Source: an uncultured Myxococcales bacterium
Lineage (GTDB): Bacteria > Myxococcota > UBA4151
Length of the DNA stretch: 20,652 nucleotides
NCBI GenBank assembly: GCA_964013405.1
Contig: CAXGWI010000055.1
Location: forward strand, 1-20,652
Direction: 5' to 3'
In this document: positions 17,321 through 20,652 of the stretch, piece by piece
Numbering within the stretch: position 1 is the stretch's first letter
Layout of the letters: every line of letters starts with the position of its first letter
Notes under the pieces: model-generated
What the model saw: the letters and a program-made list of their open reading frames with translations, nothing else
What the model was told of the DNA's origin: nothing
Databases searched by the model: none
Program-made: the position numbers and the translations under genes

Positions 17321-18910
17321 ATGTCTGACGAGACCGTACCAGCGGCTGCAACGGAACCGAGTGTAGCCCCGACGCCCGAAACCCCTGCCACGCCCAAGCC
17401 TTCTAATGGCGAAGCGGCCCCTGATCAGTCAGCCGCACCGGACTCGGCTTCTGCACAGCCACAAGACGGTGGTGAGCAGCGTGGACGCCGTCGACGTCGA
17501 GATCGAGGTTCAGGCTCGGGGAATCGTGATCACAAGCGTGGCGGTGGTAATCGCGGGCGCCGCAATCGCCGGCGTCGAGGCGGTGGTCTCCCCAACATGG
17601 AAGATGTGGATCCGGATGCCGAGTTGGAAGCGGCGAAGAAGACACCTCTTGGTAAAGAGGTCGTCTTCGCTGAAGTGCTCGCGAAAAAGACCCGTGAGTT
17701 AACAGACCTCGCGAAGAAGTTGTCCATCGATGATCCTGATGACCACCGATGGACTGAGCTGGTCGCCAATATTTTCGAGGCGCACTTTGAGGCTGGCGGT
17801 CGGATCATTGTGAACGACTGCGTCGTTGAGGTCATGCCCGAACGTTACGGCATGTTGCGGTTTCGATCCTCAGATTACACGGCCTCAGACTGGGATATCT
17901 ACGTGTCTCCGACGATGGTTCGGCGCTTCAATCTGCGGACCGGGGATTCGATTCGAGGCTGTCTCCGTCCCCCGAAGGAGGGCGAGAAGTTCTATGCCCT
18001 GCTGAAAGTGGATGAAGTCACGGGGGATCAGCCCCAGAGCAATCGGTTTAAGCTGAGCTTCGAGAACCTCACCCCCCTGTATCCGGACGAGCGTCTCCAT
18101 CTTGAGACGGATCCTGACGCGATGAGTTGCCGGATCATCGATCTGTTGAGCCCGATCGGTAAGGGGCAGCGTGCTTTGATCGTCGCCCCCCCCCGGGCCG
18201 GCAAGACCGTCCTGCTCCAAGATGTGGCGAACGCCATTGCCCGTAACCACCCGGAAGTGCATCTCATCGTTCTCTTGATCGACGAGCGCCCCGAAGAGGT
18301 GACCGACATGGTTCGCGGTGTGCGTGGTGAGGTCATTAGTTCCACCTTCGACGAGCCGGCGACCCGCCACGTGCAGGTGGCGGAAATGGTGATTCAGAAA
18401 GCTCGCCGTCTCGTCGAACACAAGCAAGATGTCGTGATTCTGTTGGATTCGATCACTCGACTCGCTCGGGCCTACAACCAGGTCGTTCCTGCCTCGGGTA
18501 AGATTCTGTCCGGCGGTGTGGATTCCAACGCCCTGCAAAAGCCCAAGCGCTTCTTCGGCGCGGCGCGAAACATCGAAGAGGGCGGGTCCCTGACGATCGT
18601 CGCAACCTCGCTGATCGACACGGGCTCCCGAATGGATGAAGTGATCTTCGAAGAGTTCAAGGGGACGGGTAACTGCGAGTTGCACTTGGATCGCAAGCTG
18701 ATGGAGAAGCGCATCTTCCCCTGCTTGGACATCAACAAGTCGGCGACTCGAAAAGAAGAACTGCTGATGGATGAAACCGCGCTCCAACGGGTCTGGATCC
18801 TGCGCCAGTTGTTGCATTCTTTGAATGTGATCGACTCCATGGAATTTTTGCTCTCGAAAATGAAGCAGACGAAGAGCAACCAGGAGTTCCTCGATTCGAT
18901 GAACGGATAG
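17321..18910 (+). CDS. rho: Transcription termination factor Rho with an N-terminal low-complexity extension
   Basis: [73 protein letters not shown] before ATG 17321. Confidence 0.97.
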   Translation: MSDETVPAAATEPSVAPTPETPATPKPSNGEAAPDQSAAPDSASAQPQDGGEQRGRRRRRDRGSGSGNRDHKRGGGNRGRRNRRRRGGGLPNMEDVDPDAELEAAKKTPLGKEVVFAEVLAKKTRELTDLAKKLSIDDPDDHRWTELVANIFEAHFEAGGRIIVNDCVVEVMPERYGMLRFRSSDYTASDWDIYVSPTMVRRFNLRTGDSIRGCLRPPKEGEKFYALLKVDEVTGDQPQSNRFKLSFENLTPLYPDERLHLETDPDAMSCRIIDLLSPIGKGQRALIVAPPRAGKTVLLQDVANAIARNHPEVHLIVLLIDERPEEVTDMVRGVRGEVISSTFDEPATRHVQVAEMVIQKARRLVEHKQDVVILLDSITRLARAYNQVVPASGKILSGGVDSNALQKPKRFFGAARNIEEGGSLTIVATSLIDTGSRMDEVIFEEFKGTGNCELHLDRKLMEKRIFPCLDINKSATRKEELLMDETALQRVWILRQLLHSLNVIDSMEFLLSKMKQTKSNQEFLDSMNG

Positions 18911-18918
18911 CGGCCGGA

Positions 18919-18958
18919 CTGCTCAAAAATTGCGCAGCTTCATGCAAAAAGCGCTGCA
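18919..18958. promoter_or_regulatory. Tandem candidate bEBP upstream activator sites
   Basis: CTGCTCAA-AAA-TTGCGCAG (near-perfect palindrome, 18919-18937) and weaker TGCA-AAAAGCGC-TGCA (18943-18958). Centres about 22 bp apart, about -98 and -76 from the inferred start. Confidence 0.55.
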
Positions 18959-18980
18959 CTTGCCTTCTGCGTTTTAGTAA

Positions 18981-18993
18981 AAACAATAACTTG
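18981..18993 (+). promoter_or_regulatory. IHF-like binding site
   Basis: AAACAATAACTTG, one mismatch to WATCAANNNNTTR, preceded by an AT-rich tract, between the putative UAS and the sigma54 box. Confidence 0.55.
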
Positions 18994-18998
18994 AGGTC

Positions 18999-19015
18999 CT
19001 GGCATGCCTGTTGCT
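18999..19015 (+). promoter_or_regulatory. Sigma54 (-24/-12) promoter
   Basis: CTGGCATGCCTGTTGCT: near-consensus with GG-N10-GC spacing; predicts +1 near 19026. Confidence 0.85.
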
Positions 19016-19025
19016 TATATTGGGT

Positions 19026-19125
19026 ATGAAGGGGCGGCGACACTCACGAGACGGACGAACTCGGGCACACACACACACCTGCTGCACTTTCCACAACGAC
19101 CGGGCTGCCGGTCGTTGTTGTTTTT
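19026..19125 (+). ncRNA. Putative sigma54-dependent small RNA (or terminating leader of rng)
   Basis: Bounded by a sigma54 promoter and an intrinsic terminator. Contains a closing helix (19028-19039 with 19080-19091), a small hairpin with ACGGA in the loop, and a (CA)6C tract. No ORF is complete within it. Confidence 0.65.
19093..19125 (+). terminator. Intrinsic terminator
   Basis: Perfect 11-bp stem ACAACGACCGG-GCTG-CCGGTCGTTGT followed by TGTTTTT. Confidence 0.85.
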
Positions 19126-19150
19126 GTGCTAGCCCAGCCCCGGAGTTGTC

Positions 19151-20608
19151 ATGCCTCCAGCCGCGAAGCTCTATATCTCCAGTCTTGCCGGGCAGACCCG
19201 CGTCGCGAAGACCGAGGGAGGTCAGGTCGTCGACCTGGAGATCGAATACGCCCACGAGCGGTCCTGTGTCGGGAATCTCTACCTAGGGCGTGTCGTCCGG
19301 GTGATGCCAGGCATGCAGGCGGCCTTTGTCGACGTCGGTCTGGAGCGGGCGGGCTTTCTGTATGTGGGCGATCTGGCGGGCACGAGCCCCGAGGAGGAGC
19401 CGCCGCCGATCGAATCCATCCTGAGGGCTGGCCAAGAATTGCTGGTGCAAATCCAGAAGGCACCGATTTCGACGAAGGGCCCCCGGCTCACCTGCCGTTT
19501 GACACTGCCTGGCCGTTATCTTGTGATGATGCCTGGTAGTGACCACGTTGGCGTTAGCCGTCGTTTGGCTGGGGACGAGGAGCGGGAACGCCTACGAACC
19601 CTGGTGGAAAGCCTCCGAAGTGATCAGATGGGCTACATCGCTCGCACGGCTGCCGAAGGTGCGGAACAGGAAGCGCTTCTTCGGGACATGGAAGCCCTTG
19701 GCCGACTGTGGTCGCGGGTCCGATCCCAGGCTGAGTTGGGCGGTGGTCCAAGGCTTATCCATGAGGACAGTGCCCTTTGTGTTCGGGCGCTGCGCGATAT
19801 GCTGACGGCCGATGCCTCGGAAATCCTTGTCGACAGTGCCCAGGACCGGGAGCGTGCCAGGACCTTTCTCGAAGCCTTCGATCCCGGACAGAATCATAGC
19901 CTGCGACTTTGGGACCGATCGGAGCCGATGTTTCAGGCGGTCGGCATCGAAGAAGAGATCACTCGAGCCCTGGTTCGCAAGGTCTGGCTCCGCAGCGGCG
20001 GTTCGATCATCATTGATCAAGCAGAAGCCTTGACGGCCATCGACGTGAACACGGGGTCCTATCTGGGCAAGAGCAAGCCGAGCGAGACGATCCTGCGGAC
20101 CAATCTTGAGGCCATCCCAGAGATCGTTCAGCAACTCCGACTGCGGAATTTGGGTGGGATTGTTGTCGTCGATTTTATCGACATGGAGGAGGAGGAACAC
20201 CGCCAGCGGGTGCTTCAAGCGATGGAGCAAGCATTGGTGGGAGACCGCTCTCGAACCCAGATCCACTCCATGACCGAGTTGGGATTGATGGAGTTGACCC
20301 GAAAACGGGTGCGAGAATCTCTTGCCCGACAGTTGAGTGAAACCTGCCCGACCTGCGACGGGCGGGGGATCATCAAGAGTCGCCTGACGGTGGCCTACGA
20401 GGTGATGGGGGAGTTCGCGGCGACGGCGCAACACCTGCAGACCTCCGTTCTCATCGCCAATGTACATCCCGAGGTACACGATGTGATGGTGGACCAATTC
20501 CTCGCGAACATCACCGAGTTGGGCCAGCAGGTGAACTGCGACCTTCGAATCCATCCAAAGGGGAGCTATCACCCCGAGCAGTTCGACCTCTATGCCAGCG
20601 ATGAGTGA
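19151..20608 (+). CDS. rng: Rne/Rng family ribonuclease (RNase G-length, catalytic domain only)
   Basis: S1 domain GNLYLGRV..V.PGMQAAFVD, TKGPRLT, catalytic AIDVNTG and VDFIDM, ELTRKR, CPTCDGRG. 485 aa with no degradosome scaffold. GGAG SD. Confidence 0.93.
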   Translation: MPPAAKLYISSLAGQTRVAKTEGGQVVDLEIEYAHERSCVGNLYLGRVVRVMPGMQAAFVDVGLERAGFLYVGDLAGTSPEEEPPPIESILRAGQELLVQIQKAPISTKGPRLTCRLTLPGRYLVMMPGSDHVGVSRRLAGDEERERLRTLVESLRSDQMGYIARTAAEGAEQEALLRDMEALGRLWSRVRSQAELGGGPRLIHEDSALCVRALRDMLTADASEILVDSAQDRERARTFLEAFDPGQNHSLRLWDRSEPMFQAVGIEEEITRALVRKVWLRSGGSIIIDQAEALTAIDVNTGSYLGKSKPSETILRTNLEAIPEIVQQLRLRNLGGIVVVDFIDMEEEEHRQRVLQAMEQALVGDRSRTQIHSMTELGLMELTRKRVRESLARQLSETCPTCDGRGIIKSRLTVAYEVMGEFAATAQHLQTSVLIANVHPEVHDVMVDQFLANITELGQQVNCDLRIHPKGSYHPEQFDLYASDE

Positions 20609-20652
20609 GCAGCGGGCCCTGATCGCCTACTTTGGGCCACTCCCTTCCGGGG
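20601..20652 (+). CDS. Possible 5' end of the next gene, truncated by the window edge
   Basis: ATG overlapping the rng stop, open to the end (MSEQRALIAYFGPLPSG). Too short to identify. Confidence 0.35.
   Translation, partial: MSEQRALIAYFGPLPSG

Noticed and set aside
19026..19125. Element as 6S RNA, SRP RNA, tRNA or a known riboswitch
   Set aside because: Too short for 6S, no cloverleaf or SRP conserved loop, and no aptamer consensus I recognise. An Rfam search is still needed.
19011..19286. 91-aa ORF as a conventional protein gene
   Set aside because: Its listed start lies inside the -12 box, it has no SD, crosses a terminator and overlaps rng. Kept only as a speculative leaderless uORF from 19026.
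14530..20572. Long minus-strand ORFs (14530-15639, 17885-18817, 19592-20572 and similar ones elsewhere)
   Set aside because: Antisense shadows of conserved GC-rich genes, with no recognisable motifs.

Overview
GC-rich bacterial window with all credible genes on the + strand, probably from a Myxococcota-like organism. That placement is inferred from a 16-copy Myxococcus-type Cys-rich repeat protein and a MYXO-CTERM-like sorted protein. Gene order: terminator, Cys-rich repeat surface protein, GT4 glycosyltransferase, mltA, small hypothetical, gap-pgk-tpiA-secG-tRNA-Leu(GAG), terminator, M20 peptidase lipoprotein, beta-barrel OMP, fur, MYXO-CTERM-like protein, yebC-ruvC-ruvA-ruvB, lpxC, rho (long disordered N-terminus), intergenic element, rng, start of a further ORF. 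Most of it is housekeeping. The best candidate for an undescribed system is non-coding. Between rho and rng sits a complete sigma54-type unit: tandem enhancer-like palindromes, an IHF-like site and a near-consensus -24/-12 box, followed by an approximately 100-nt structured (CA)n-containing RNA ending in a perfect intrinsic terminator. lpxC has a second sigma54 box with a similar upstream palindrome (TGCnnAA-www-TTnnGCA), suggesting one enhancer-binding protein may control both lipid A synthesis and this putative sRNA. All calls come from reading the sequence; no searches were run.
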